Of a stretch of DNA of 64,000 nucleotides, positions 1 through 8,690 are shown piece after piece. A program made the position numbers and the translations under genes. The stretch is from an uncultured Alphaproteobacteria bacterium. GTDB taxonomy: Bacteria > Pseudomonadota > Alphaproteobacteria > Rhizobiales > Xanthobacteraceae. Numbering within the stretch: position 1 is the first letter of the stretch; each line of letters opens with the position of its first letter. The notes below the pieces were generated by a model. The model had not been told where the DNA came from. It ran no database searches and was given only the letters and a program-made list of their open reading frames with translations. The stretch lies in NCBI GenBank assembly GCA_963739075.1, contig CAVTZC010000012.1, positions 42,650 through 106,649 on the forward strand, read 5' to 3'.

Positions 1-1
1 G

Positions 2-199
2 CCGAGCTATCTGACGACGCGGCTGGTCCCGATTGCGGACGGCAAAGCCGACGACGCCGAAAGCCTCGCCGCCAAATTGCGTCTGGTGCCGGGCGTGGCC
101 GAGGCGGTGGTGATCGCCGAGGAAAAGCTCGCTTATCTCAAGGTCGATTCCAAATCCTTCGACGCGGCCATGGCGGAGGCGCTCGCCGGCGGGGCGTGA
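2..199 (+). CDS. 3' end of an unidentified protein-coding gene (partial; start lies upstream of the window)
   Basis: Frame open from the window edge to TGA at 197-199, with GC-rich third positions. Translation ends ...LRLVPGVAEAVVIAEEKLAYLKVDSKSFDAAMAEALAGGA. No family recognised. Confidence 0.35.
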   Translation, partial: PSYLTTRLVPIADGKADDAESLAAKLRLVPGVAEAVVIAEEKLAYLKVDSKSFDAAMAEALAGGA

Positions 200-213
200 G
201 CGCGTACTCCGCT

Positions 214-328
214 GTCATCGCCGGGCTTGACCCGGCAATCCATTATGACGTTCCGCAAAGACAAACTTACGTAAGGCTTTCACGTGCCTGTGCTGATCAC
301 GGATGCCCGGGTCAAGCCCGGGCATGAC
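214..328. repeat. Two GC-rich hairpin (REP-like) modules of the GTCATGCCCGG...CCGGGCAT family
   Basis: gtcatcgccgggcttgacccggcaatccat (214-243) and ggatgcccgggtcaagcccgggcatgac (301-328). Related copies at 8611-8640 and 27837-27867. Confidence 0.7.
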
Positions 329-518
329 TCTGAGCGAATGGCTGAGGGCGTCATACCCCCAGCCACGCTAAGCGGCCGCGCGAATTCTAAGAGCCAAACA
401 ATCAGTCGCTCCCAGTTCGCCACACGCGCGCCCGAATTCGGCTGTGACGGCTCCCTGCGCCGGCCACGACTCATTGTGAACATCCCTCCGTTCCGGTCCC
501 GTTTCATCGGAGGGGTTC

Positions 519-1445
519 ATGCGATTATCCATGCTTGCTGGGAATTCGTTTGCCGTCCTGCTCTTAGCCGCTGGCATCGCCGGCGCCACGCCAAATTCCG
601 AACCGGTGCATCTCACCGGTCCGGTCAGCCACGACAATCTCGCCGTCTATTTCGTGCACGGCGTCTCCAAGGCCGGCCCGGTGCCGCTCACGCTGCAAGA
701 GGCGCTGGCCAAGGGCGTCGTGCGCGTCAGCGAAACCGGCAATGTCAATGCGCTGGCGATCGAGAATTTCGGCGAGCAAGCGATCTTCGTCCAAGCTGGC
801 GACGTGGTGAAGGGTGGCCGGCAGGATCGCACCTTGACCGTCAGCCTGGTGTTGCCGCCGAAATCCGGCCGCATCCCGATTGCCTCGTTCTGCGTCGAGC
901 ACGGGCGCTGGTCGGCGCGCGGCGGCGAGGACGCGCAGAGCTTCGCCAGTTCGGCCGCCGCCGTGCCCTCACGCGAGATGAAACTGGCAATGCAGGCGCC
1001 GATGCCGGCGGCGCCAGCCGACGGCGGGATGGCCATTGGTCTGCGCCAGCAAAAGGTCTGGGCCGACGTGACGGTGGCGCAACTGCGGCTCGGCGCCGCC
1101 ACCGGCGCGGACGTGCGCGCGCCGGCATCGGCGACCAGCCTGCAACTGGCGCTGGAAAACAAAAAGCTGACTGATATGCGCGCGGCCTATGTGGCCGCGC
1201 TGAAGGCGGCGGGTGAGGCGGGCGATGATATCGTCGGCTATGCGTTCGCCGTCAACGGCAAGCTCAATAGCGCGGAAATCTACGAATCGAACGGTTTGTT
1301 CCGCAAAATGTGGCCGAAGCTGCTGGACGCCTGCGCCACCGAGGCGATCAGCCACCGCAACGATTCCAACGACAAGGCGCCGCCGATCGCGGCGGTGACG
1401 GCATTCCTCGGCGCGGCCGACGGCGCCAAGGCCAACGAAACCTAG
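519..1445 (+). CDS. Secreted conserved protein, ARPP-1/DUF6569-like. Ends at an in-frame TAG and may originally have extended to 1550.
   Basis: GGAGG 5 nt upstream of the ATG. Signal-peptide-like N-terminus MRLSMLAGNSFAVLLLAAGIAGA. The motif block LAVYFV...VRVSETGNVNALAIENFGEQAIFVQAGDVVKGGRQDR resembles the ARPP-1 family as I recall it. Confidence 0.6.
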   Translation: MRLSMLAGNSFAVLLLAAGIAGATPNSEPVHLTGPVSHDNLAVYFVHGVSKAGPVPLTLQEALAKGVVRVSETGNVNALAIENFGEQAIFVQAGDVVKGGRQDRTLTVSLVLPPKSGRIPIASFCVEHGRWSARGGEDAQSFASSAAAVPSREMKLAMQAPMPAAPADGGMAIGLRQQKVWADVTVAQLRLGAATGADVRAPASATSLQLALENKKLTDMRAAYVAALKAAGEAGDDIVGYAFAVNGKLNSAEIYESNGLFRKMWPKLLDACATEAISHRNDSNDKAPPIAAVTAFLGAADGAKANET

Positions 1446-1559
1446 CTCAATTTCGGCGTGCGCCGGATCACGCGCGAAAGTGACAAGGAACTGTCGTTCG
1501 AAACGTCACTGGCGGATGGCTGGGTGCACCGCAGCTATCTGTCGAAGTGACGGGGATGT

Positions 1560-2033
1560 TCAACCGTCGGCGGCCGCTGCACGCGGCCGCCACGCCATCC
1601 GATTCACCGGCTTGCCCGACAGCGGGTTCGCGTCTTCGCCGGCATATTTGAAGCCGTGCTTCTCGTAGAAGCGGATGGCGCGGGCGTTGTCCTTGTTGAC
1701 CAGCAGCTCGAGGCCTTTGGGCGAAATGCGTTTGGCCCCATCGAGCAGCATCAGGGCAACGCCTGCGCCCCAATATTCGGTTGCGACCACGATCTGGTCG
1801 AGATACGTCGTCTCGGGATCGACGGTGACAAAGCCGATCAGCGCGCCGTTGTCTTCCGCGACCACGACGCGCGCCACCGGCACCAGCTCCTTACGCCAGC
1901 GCTCGCGCCACCAGGGAACGCGCTCGGTGAAATTGAGATGCGGATAATGCTTCTGCCAGGTCCGCCGCCACAGCTCGATCGCCGCGTCCTCGTCGGCGGC
2001 GGAATAGGGGCGCAGGGTGATTTTCGCGCTCAC
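1560..2033 (-). CDS. GNAT family N-acetyltransferase
   Basis: 157 aa with the acetyl-CoA-binding core LIGFVTVD...QIVVATEYWGAGVALMLL...ARAIRFYEKHGFKY. The GTG start overlaps the stop of the upstream MotB-like gene by 4 nt (GTGA at 2030-2033). Confidence 0.8.
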   Translation of the reverse strand: MSAKITLRPYSAADEDAAIELWRRTWQKHYPHLNFTERVPWWRERWRKELVPVARVVVAEDNGALIGFVTVDPETTYLDQIVVATEYWGAGVALMLLDGAKRISPKGLELLVNKDNARAIRFYEKHGFKYAGEDANPLSGKPVNRMAWRPRAAAADG

Positions 2034-3058
2034 CGTTCGGTCAGCTTGAACTCGATGCGGCGGTTGCGGCGGTAGGCCTCTTCCGTCGTGCCGGTGTCGA
2101 TTGGCTGGAATTCGCCGAAGCCGGCGGCGACCAGGCGCTGCGGCGCGACGCCCTTAGCGATCAGATAATGCACCACCGCGATGGCGCGCGCCGCTGAGAG
2201 GTTCCAGTTCGACTTGAACACGCCGCCGGTGACGGGCCGCACGTCGGTGTGACCGTCGACGCGCAGCACCCAGGCGATATCGGGCGGAATCTGCTTCTCC
2301 AGTTCGACCAGCGCGCCGGCAACCTTGTCGAGCTCCTCGTCGCCTTCCTGTTTCAAGTCGGCCTTGCCGGTGTCGAAGAACACCTCAGATTGCAGCACGA
2401 ATCGGTCGCCGACGATACGCACGTCGGGCCGCTCGCCGAGGATCTGGCGCAGCTTGCCGAAGAAGTCGGAGCGGTACTTGGTTAGCTCCTGCACCTTTTG
2501 CGCCAGCGCCAGATTGAGCCGCTGGCCGAGATCGGCGATCTTGTTCTGCGATTCCTTATCCTTCTTCTCGGATGCGTCGAGCGCGGCCTCGATCGCGGCG
2601 AGTTGCCGGCGCATGGCCGCGATCTGCTGGTTGAGGATTTCGACTTGCGCCAGCGCATGGGAGGAAATCTTCTTCTCGCTGTCGAGTTGGCCGGCGAGCT
2701 CGCTGACCTTGCCCTGCGCCGCGGCGGCGCCTGCGCCTGCGCCCGCCGCGAGGCCTTGGTATTTGTCGCGATCGCTCTCGGCGCCGGCGAGCGAGGCGCG
2801 CAATTGTGCGAGCTGGTCCTCGAGATCGGCCTTGCCGCTTTTCTCCATCGATAACAGCTCAGTGAGCTGGGCGATCTGCGCGTTGAGACGGGTCAGCGCG
2901 GTGTCTTTGCCGGCGACTTCCTGTTGCAAGTAGAACTGCACGACTACGAACACGGTCAGGATGAAGATGATGCTCAGGATCAGTGTCGAGAGCGCGTCGA
3001 CGAAGCCCGGCCAGTAGTTCATGCCGCTTTCGCTGCGGCGCGTTCGTGCAAGCGCCAT
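2030..3058 (-). CDS. MotB/OmpA-like peptidoglycan-binding protein with a long coiled-coil linker
   Basis: N-terminal TM segment with a conserved Asp (NYWPGFVDALSTLILSIIF), about 170 aa of heptad-like Q/A/E/L-rich sequence, and a C-terminal OmpA domain (GHTDVRPV...SNWNLSAARAIAVVHYL...RRNRRIEFKL). Confidence 0.8.
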   Translation of the reverse strand: MALARTRRSESGMNYWPGFVDALSTLILSIIFILTVFVVVQFYLQQEVAGKDTALTRLNAQIAQLTELLSMEKSGKADLEDQLAQLRASLAGAESDRDKYQGLAAGAGAGAAAAQGKVSELAGQLDSEKKISSHALAQVEILNQQIAAMRRQLAAIEAALDASEKKDKESQNKIADLGQRLNLALAQKVQELTKYRSDFFGKLRQILGERPDVRIVGDRFVLQSEVFFDTGKADLKQEGDEELDKVAGALVELEKQIPPDIAWVLRVDGHTDVRPVTGGVFKSNWNLSAARAIAVVHYLIAKGVAPQRLVAAGFGEFQPIDTGTTEEAYRRNRRIEFKLTER

Positions 3059-3061
3059 GCG

Positions 3062-4039
3062 CTAACGATCCACTTTCTCGCGTACAATGATCTCTAAGAG
3101 CCGCTTGATCTCGCGCTGCTGGTCCGCCTGGCTGTCGACCCAGTCGCGGATCATCTGCTGTTCGACGCGCATGTGCTGCACCAGGCCTTGAATCGCTTCC
3201 GCCAGATTGGACATGGCATTGGTGGTGTTCTTGTTGGCGCCGCTCTCGCTGAGCGCCTCGCGCAAGCGGTCGATGGCCGAGCGCATCTCGGTCGTGCCGC
3301 CCGCGGCAACGATCGGCTCGGCCGCCTGGTCGTAGACCGTGGTGGAGAGCCAGTCTTCCAGTTCGGTGTAGAAGCGGTTCTGCGCCTGGCTCGATTGCAG
3401 GTCGAGAAAGCCAAGAACGAGCGAACCGGCCAGGCCGAATAGCGAAGAAGAAAACGAAATTCCCATGCCGCTGAGCGGCGCGGCGAGGCCTTCGCGCAAT
3501 GAGTCGAACATGCTGCCGGCGTCGCCGCCGGCTTTCAGGCCCTGGATCACGCCGCCGACCGAACTCACCGTCTCGATCAGGCCCCAGAAGGTGCCGAGCA
3601 GGCCGAGGAACACCAAGAGGCCGGTCATGTAGCGCGAGATGTCGCGCGCCTCGTCGAGGCGGGTGGCGATCGAATCGAGAATGCCGCGCATCAGTTGCGC
3701 CGACATCGCCATGCGGCCGACGCGGCTGCCGAGGATCGCCGCCATCGGCGCCAGCAGCACCGGCGGCCGCTCGACCGCGAGGCCGGGATCGGCGAGGCGG
3801 AAATTGTTGACCCAGGCGATCTCCGGATAGAGGCGGATCACCTGGCGCAGTGACAGGACGATGCCGACGAGCAGTACGAAAATGATCAGCGAGTTCAAGC
3901 CGGGATTGGCCATGAACGCCGTCTCGATCTGCTTGTGCAGCAGGAAGGCGACCAGTCCGCCGAGCACGACGAACACCAGGATCCGCAGCAGGAAGATGCG
4001 GGGCGACGACAGTTTGAGCGGATCGAGTTCTTTTGCCAT
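3062..4039 (-). CDS. MotA/TolQ/ExbB proton-channel family protein
   Basis: Channel signature GLLVFLGLLGTFWGLIETV ... GMGISFSSSLFGLAGSLVLGF. Its stop lies 3 nt before the MotB-like ATG. ATG at 4039 preferred over TTG at 4048. Confidence 0.8.
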   Translation of the reverse strand: MAKELDPLKLSSPRIFLLRILVFVVLGGLVAFLLHKQIETAFMANPGLNSLIIFVLLVGIVLSLRQVIRLYPEIAWVNNFRLADPGLAVERPPVLLAPMAAILGSRVGRMAMSAQLMRGILDSIATRLDEARDISRYMTGLLVFLGLLGTFWGLIETVSSVGGVIQGLKAGGDAGSMFDSLREGLAAPLSGMGISFSSSLFGLAGSLVLGFLDLQSSQAQNRFYTELEDWLSTTVYDQAAEPIVAAGGTTEMRSAIDRLREALSESGANKNTTNAMSNLAEAIQGLVQHMRVEQQMIRDWVDSQADQQREIKRLLEIIVREKVDR

Positions 4040-4165
4040 GGCTCGCAAAATTGACGCCGGCCGAGTCGTGCCAACTCAATATGGCACAGACCCGTGACAA
4101 GGAAAAAGCAGGCGTGCCGAAACCAGAGGATAGAGCGGCGGATTGAGTTCAAATTGCGGTCGGCT

Positions 4166-4963
4166 TCAAGCCCGGCCGGCTTCTTTCAGCACCCGCAGCA
4201 GCTCTTTCTGGATGGCGTCATTGCCGGCGACGATGTGGCCCTTCGTGAACATGTCGGTGCCGCCGTCGCAATCGGAAACGAAGCCGCCGGCCTCGCGCAC
4301 CAGAATGGACCCGGCCGCCATGTCCCAGGGCTTGATGTCGCGTTCCCAATAGCCGTCGAGCCGGCCGGCGGCGATCCAGGCGAGATCGAGCGCGGCGGCG
4401 CCGAAGCGGCGCAGGCCGGCGACTTGCGCCTGCATGGCGCCGGTTTCCTTGGCGGCGAGCGCGAGATCGCCGCGGCCGATATGCGGCAAGCCACAGGCGA
4501 CGACGGAGTCGGCGAGCCGCTTGCGGCCGGCGACGCGGATACGCTGCTCATTCAGGAACGCACCCTTGCCTTTTTCGGCGATGAACATTTCTTCGCTGGC
4601 CGGATTGTAGACCAGGCCGGCGACCACGCTCCCCTCGCGCTCGAGCGCGATCGAGATCGCGAACTGCGGAATGCCGTGCAAGAAATTGGTGGTGCCGTCG
4701 AGCGGATCGACGATCCAGCGATGCGACGTGTCGGCGCCTGCGCGGGCGCCGCCTTCCTCGCCAAGAAAGCCATAGCCGGGCCGCGCCTTGGAAAGTTCCT
4801 GGAACAGCGTCTCCTCGGCGCGGCGGTCGGCGGACGACACGAAATTCGCCGGGCCTTTGAGCGAGACCTGCAGCTTCTCGAGTTCGCCGAAATCGCGCTT
4901 GAGCGCCCGCGCGGTCTTGCGTGCGGCGGCGATCATCACATTGAGCAGGGCGGAGTGGTGCAT
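4166..4963 (-). CDS. suhB: Inositol monophosphatase family protein (SuhB-like)
   Basis: MHHSALLNVMIAAARKTARALKRDFGE...VSSADRRAEE...GFLGEEGG...WIVDPLDGTTNFLHG...WDMAAG. Start taken at the internal ATG (4963); the longer ORF prefix is Arg/Pro-rich junk. Confidence 0.85.
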   Translation of the reverse strand: MHHSALLNVMIAAARKTARALKRDFGELEKLQVSLKGPANFVSSADRRAEETLFQELSKARPGYGFLGEEGGARAGADTSHRWIVDPLDGTTNFLHGIPQFAISIALEREGSVVAGLVYNPASEEMFIAEKGKGAFLNEQRIRVAGRKRLADSVVACGLPHIGRGDLALAAKETGAMQAQVAGLRRFGAAALDLAWIAAGRLDGYWERDIKPWDMAAGSILVREAGGFVSDCDGGTDMFTKGHIVAGNDAIQKELLRVLKEAGRA

Positions 4964-4997
4964 GGCGCGTGGGGTCTGCCCGCGAAGGCGTGCGCCG

Positions 4998-5972
4998 TCA
5001 AGAGCGCGGCGCCAGGGTCGACATCCACTTCTGGGCCGCCTTCTCGGCGGCGTCACGCACCGGCTGCGGCTGCTGGGCGGCGAAGGCATCGAGATCGGGA
5101 TCGCCGCCGCCGCCCGCCTTGGCGATGATGTGCCATTTGATGGCTTCGGTCGCGTCAGCGGGCACGCCGCGCCCGGCCATCAGCACGCGCGCCAGACGGT
5201 CCTGTGCAATCGCGCTGCCGCGCCGGGCCGCGATCAGTAGAAGCCGGGCGGCGGCGGCTTCGTTCTTGTCGACGCCGGTGCCGTTGAACTGCGCGATGGC
5301 AAATTCGACCATGGCATCGACGTTGCCGGCGATAGAGGCAAGTCCCATTAGATGAATGGCTTCGTCGATATCCTTGGGCACGCCGCGCCCCTCTTTGTAC
5401 ATGGTGGCGAGCGCGTATTGCGCGTCGGAACTGCCGGCATCGGCGGCTTGCCGGAACAGTTGGGCGGCGCGCGCGAAGTCCTGCGGGAATTGCTGGCCCT
5501 GCAAATAGAGCAGGCCGAGATCGTAGGCGGCAGCTGCGTGACCGAGCTTGGCGGCGGCCGCCAGCAGGCGAGCGGCTTCGTCCGAGTTGTGCGGGCCGGC
5601 GCGGCCTTGCAGATTGAACATCGCCAGCGCGAACATGGCGTCGCGGTCCCCGTGCGCGGCGGCCAGTTTGTACCAATCCGCCGCCTTGGTGTCGTCTTGT
5701 GGGACGCCGAGCCCCTGCGCATAGAGTTCGCCGAGCAGCGTCAGGGCGGCGGGATCGTCGTGCTGCGCGCGCTTGGTGGCTTCGGCAAGCGCAGTCAAAT
5801 AAAGGCCGCGCTGAAAAGCGCCGTAGGCGAGATCGGCCTTGCTATCGTCCGCATTGGCGGCCGGGGGTGGCGCGGGCGGCGGTGTTTTCTTCGCGGGCTG
5901 TGCCAGTGCCGGTGCCGCCAAGGCTGCGAGCGCGCAGAACGCGGCGATGGTGCTGACCCACCGCGCCCTCAT
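4998..5972 (-). CDS. Sel1/TPR-like repeat protein with signal peptide
   Basis: Signal peptide MRARWVSTIAAFCALAALAAPALA, followed by repeated ...A..WY.KAA..G...A...LA.MY..G.GV..D... Sel1 units. Confidence 0.75.
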   Translation of the reverse strand: MRARWVSTIAAFCALAALAAPALAQPAKKTPPPAPPPAANADDSKADLAYGAFQRGLYLTALAEATKRAQHDDPAALTLLGELYAQGLGVPQDDTKAADWYKLAAAHGDRDAMFALAMFNLQGRAGPHNSDEAARLLAAAAKLGHAAAAYDLGLLYLQGQQFPQDFARAAQLFRQAADAGSSDAQYALATMYKEGRGVPKDIDEAIHLMGLASIAGNVDAMVEFAIAQFNGTGVDKNEAAAARLLLIAARRGSAIAQDRLARVLMAGRGVPADATEAIKWHIIAKAGGGGDPDLDAFAAQQPQPVRDAAEKAAQKWMSTLAPRS

Positions 5973-6628
5973 GCCGCGCTCTCCGGCAGGCGCAGCTCGC
6001 CGGCGGCGCGCATGATCGCCGCGGCGATCGCCTGTGGGTCGCGCCACAGCCAATCGCCGAGCGCGACGAAATCGGCGCCGGCTTTTACCAGCGGCGCAAT
6101 TTCCTCGTGCGATCCGGCGTAGCCGACGCAAGGGCACTCGAACACCTCCGCCCACCAGGCGACCCGCTCTTCGATCGCCTCCAGGCTCGGCCGCTCGCCG
6201 GCAGTGCCGGGCTCGCCGAACATCACATAGTCGGTGCCCGCCTCGGCCGCGACCATGGCGTCGTGGCGGGTGGTGAGGCCGCCGACGCCCACGATGCGGT
6301 CAGGCTTGAGGCGTTCGATCGCTTCACCGAACGCCGCCATGCCGGTGGCATGCGCGCCGTCGGCGCCGGCGCGCGCCACCAGGTCGGCATGGCCGTCGAT
6401 CAGCAGCGCCGCGTCCTTGTCCTGCACGACCGGGGCAAGCGCCTTGGCGATATTGATCTGCGTGCGCTCGTCGGCCTCGGCCAGGCGCAGCAGCACGGCG
6501 GCGACCTCGCCGGCCGCCAAGACGGAGGCGAGCGGGCCGGAAAATGCCGTCGCATCCGCGACCACCGGCGTCACCAGATAGAGGCGGGGAGCCGGGCGTG
6601 GGTCGGGATGTTTGGGTCGCGAAGCCAT
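5969..6628 (-). CDS. Thiamine-phosphate synthase (ThiE)-like family protein
   Basis: RLYLVTP... TIM-barrel-type pattern with LIDGHADLVARAGADGAH and ...GADFVALG. 4-nt overlap with the downstream Sel1 gene. Confidence 0.6.
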   Translation of the reverse strand: MASRPKHPDPRPAPRLYLVTPVVADATAFSGPLASVLAAGEVAAVLLRLAEADERTQINIAKALAPVVQDKDAALLIDGHADLVARAGADGAHATGMAAFGEAIERLKPDRIVGVGGLTTRHDAMVAAEAGTDYVMFGEPGTAGERPSLEAIEERVAWWAEVFECPCVGYAGSHEEIAPLVKAGADFVALGDWLWRDPQAIAAAIMRAAGELRLPESAA

Positions 6629-6784
6629 AGTCCCCGCATGGTAGCGCAATCGGGCGAAAAATTGACATGGGCCGCGCGCCCGCGATGTCGAGATGTCGGC
6701 GCATGGACGCGCTGCGGCATGCCGGTTAGCATCGCCCGCAAATCCGCCTACCAAAGCGGCTCGCACAACGCCTGGGGGGAAAAC

Positions 6785-7768
6785 ATGTTCAGACGCCTGT
6801 CGCTGCTGCTGCTATGCCTTGGCGCCGCGCCGCTCGCACCCGCCGCGGCGGCCGACTATCCGAGCCGCACCATCAAGATGGTGGTGCCGTTCGCGCCCGG
6901 CGGCGGCACCGACGTGCTCGGCCGCATCATCGCCCAACGCCTGTCCGAAAAATGGGGCCAGCCGGTAGTGGTTGAAAACCAGCCCGGCGCCTCCGGCGGT
7001 ATCGGCACCAAAGCCTTCGTCAAGGCGAATCCGGACGGCTACACGCTGCTGATGGCCTCAACCGGCGCGCTGATGGCGGCCTCCGCCGCGCTGGCGCCGG
7101 AAGGGCATTTCGACGTCAACAAATTCTTCGCGCCCATCACCGTGGTAGCGGCGCCGCCTTATCTGCTGGTGGTCAATCCGAGCGTGAAAGCCGGCTCGGT
7201 TGCCGAACTGATCGCGCTTGCGCGCGAAAAGCCGAAAGGGCTGTCATTTGGTTCTTCAGGCATCGGCGCGGCCTCGCATTTGTCGGGCGCGCTATTCGAG
7301 AAGGACGCCAAGATCGAGTTGCTGCACGTGCCCTATAAGGGCACCGGTCCGGCGGTCACCGATCTCCTGGGCGGCCGCATCGACATGATGTTCTCGCCGT
7401 CGACCACGGTGCAGGCGTTCGTGGCGGCCGGCAAACTCAAGGCGCTCGGCACCACCGGCGCCAAGCGCTCGAAATTCTTCCCCGACGTGCCGACGGTCGC
7501 GGAGGGTGGCTTGCCCGGCTACCAGTCGGTTGGCTGGTTCGGCCTGCTGGCGCCGGCGCACACGCCGAAGGACATCGTCGACAAGCTGAACAAGGCGGTG
7601 GTCACGATCATGGGTGAAAAGGACGTGATCGACCACATGGCCAAGCTCGGCGCCGAGCCCGAGCCGCAGACGCCCGACGAGTTCGCCAACTTCATCAATG
7701 CCGACGTGGCGAAGTGGTCGGCGCTGGTGAAGGAGGAGAACATCGTCATTCCGGGGGCGGGGAAGTAA
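6785..7768 (+). CDS. Tripartite tricarboxylate transporter substrate-binding protein (Bug/TctC family)
   Basis: Signal peptide, then the hallmark YPSRTIKMVVPFAPGGGTDVLGRIIAQRLSEKWGQPVVVENQPGASGGIG. The long N-terminal ORF extension (6107-6784) is an antisense artefact over the ThiE-like gene. Confidence 0.85.
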   Translation: MFRRLSLLLLCLGAAPLAPAAAADYPSRTIKMVVPFAPGGGTDVLGRIIAQRLSEKWGQPVVVENQPGASGGIGTKAFVKANPDGYTLLMASTGALMAASAALAPEGHFDVNKFFAPITVVAAPPYLLVVNPSVKAGSVAELIALAREKPKGLSFGSSGIGAASHLSGALFEKDAKIELLHVPYKGTGPAVTDLLGGRIDMMFSPSTTVQAFVAAGKLKALGTTGAKRSKFFPDVPTVAEGGLPGYQSVGWFGLLAPAHTPKDIVDKLNKAVVTIMGEKDVIDHMAKLGAEPEPQTPDEFANFINADVAKWSALVKEENIVIPGAGK

Positions 7769-7776
7769 CGATCATC

Positions 7777-7837
7777 CCGCTCGTCCCCGCGAAAGCGGGG
7801 ACCCAGACTGGATTCCCGCTTGCGCGGGAATGAGCGG
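7777..7837. repeat. Bipartite hairpin repeat (two REP-like modules)
   Basis: ccgctcgtccccgcgaaagcggggacccag + actg + gattcccgcttgcgcgggaatgagcgg. Both modules recur identically, inverted, at 17870-17961. Confidence 0.85.
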
Positions 7838-7860
7838 AGTGTTTGGGGCGCAGCGCTTGC

Positions 7861-8493
7861 TTACGCCGGCATTGGCACCGGCCCCATGTCTTTCGGCACC
7901 TTGTAGCCCTTCTGCACGGCCGGGCGCGCGGCGATCGTCTCATACCAGCGCCGGACGTTGGGGTACTGCTTCATGTCGATGGTCTGCCACTCGAAGCGCG
8001 AGATCCACGGCCAGATCGCGATGTCGGCGATGGAGTATTCGTCGGCGACGAAGGGACGGCCTTGCAGGCGCGTGTCGAGCACTTTGTAGAGGCGGTGCGC
8101 TTCCTTCAGGTAACGCTCCTGGGCATAGGGCGCCTTGCCGGGATTATATTTCACGAAGTGATGCACCTGGCCGAGCATCGGGCCTGGGCCGCCCATCTGC
8201 CACATCAGCCATTCGATCGTGCGGTAGCGGCCCTCGCCGGATTTCGGCAGCAGCTTGCCGGTTTTGTCGGCGAGGTAAATCAGGATCGCGCCCGATTCCA
8301 TCAGCGACATATTGTTGTCGCGGTCGACGATCGCGGGGATGCGGTTGTTCGGCGCGATTTTGAGGAAGTCCGGCTTGAACTGCTCGTCTTTGGAGATGTC
8401 GACGGCGTGCACGGTGTAGGGCAGGCCGAGCTCTTCCAGCGCGATGGAGATCTTGCGGCCGTTTGGCGTCGTCCAGGTGTAGAGATCGATCAC
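7861..8493 (-). CDS. Glutathione S-transferase family protein (YfcG-like)
   Basis: MIDLYTWTTPNGRKISIALEELGLPY...IPAIVD...ESGAILIYLA...YSIADIAIWPW. GTG start with AAGGA 7 nt upstream. Confidence 0.85.
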   Translation of the reverse strand: MIDLYTWTTPNGRKISIALEELGLPYTVHAVDISKDEQFKPDFLKIAPNNRIPAIVDRDNNMSLMESGAILIYLADKTGKLLPKSGEGRYRTIEWLMWQMGGPGPMLGQVHHFVKYNPGKAPYAQERYLKEAHRLYKVLDTRLQGRPFVADEYSIADIAIWPWISRFEWQTIDMKQYPNVRRWYETIAARPAVQKGYKVPKDMGPVPMPA

Positions 8494-8516
8494 GGAAAGG
8501 TCCTTTGCGTTTCTAC

Positions 8517-8640
8517 GTCATGGCCGGGCATAGCCGTCCAAAAGACGGCGTCGCTTCGCTCGCCTATGTCCCGGCCATACACGTCTCTGAATTTTCAGGA
8601 AGCAAGACGTGGATGCCCGGCACAAGGCCGGGCATGACGC
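8517..8640. repeat. Composite REP-like hairpin elements
   Basis: Long nested hairpin gtcatggccgggcatagccgtccaaaagacggc...gcctatgtcccggccatac (8517-8580), plus ggatgcccggcacaaggccgggcatgacgc (8611-8640). Confidence 0.7.
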
Positions 8641-8690
8641 CTCATTTATCGAAGTTTCGGCCGCCCGTCACGCGGCACACGCCGTTTTGA

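Noticed and set aside
2859-4100. Long ORFs overlapping real genes in other frames or on the other strand (for example 2859-4100 minus, 27979-29226 minus, 33051-34205 minus, 43071-43931 minus, 52393-53688 minus, 59533-61653 plus).
   Set aside because: Their translations are Arg/Ala/Gly/Pro-rich low-complexity strings with no recognisable motifs, and they shadow genes with clear homology. This is the expected stop-codon-poor artefact of high-GC DNA.
6107-6784. A 226-aa N-terminal extension of the Bug/TctC ORF, and similar extensions on suhB, Sel1, thiE-like, tkt, tolQ, tolB, cpoB, glcD, glcE and the LLM gene.
   Set aside because: The extensions run antisense to, or out of frame over, neighbouring genes and lack homology. 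Internal ATG/GTG starts with signal peptides, RBS motifs or conserved N-termini fit better.
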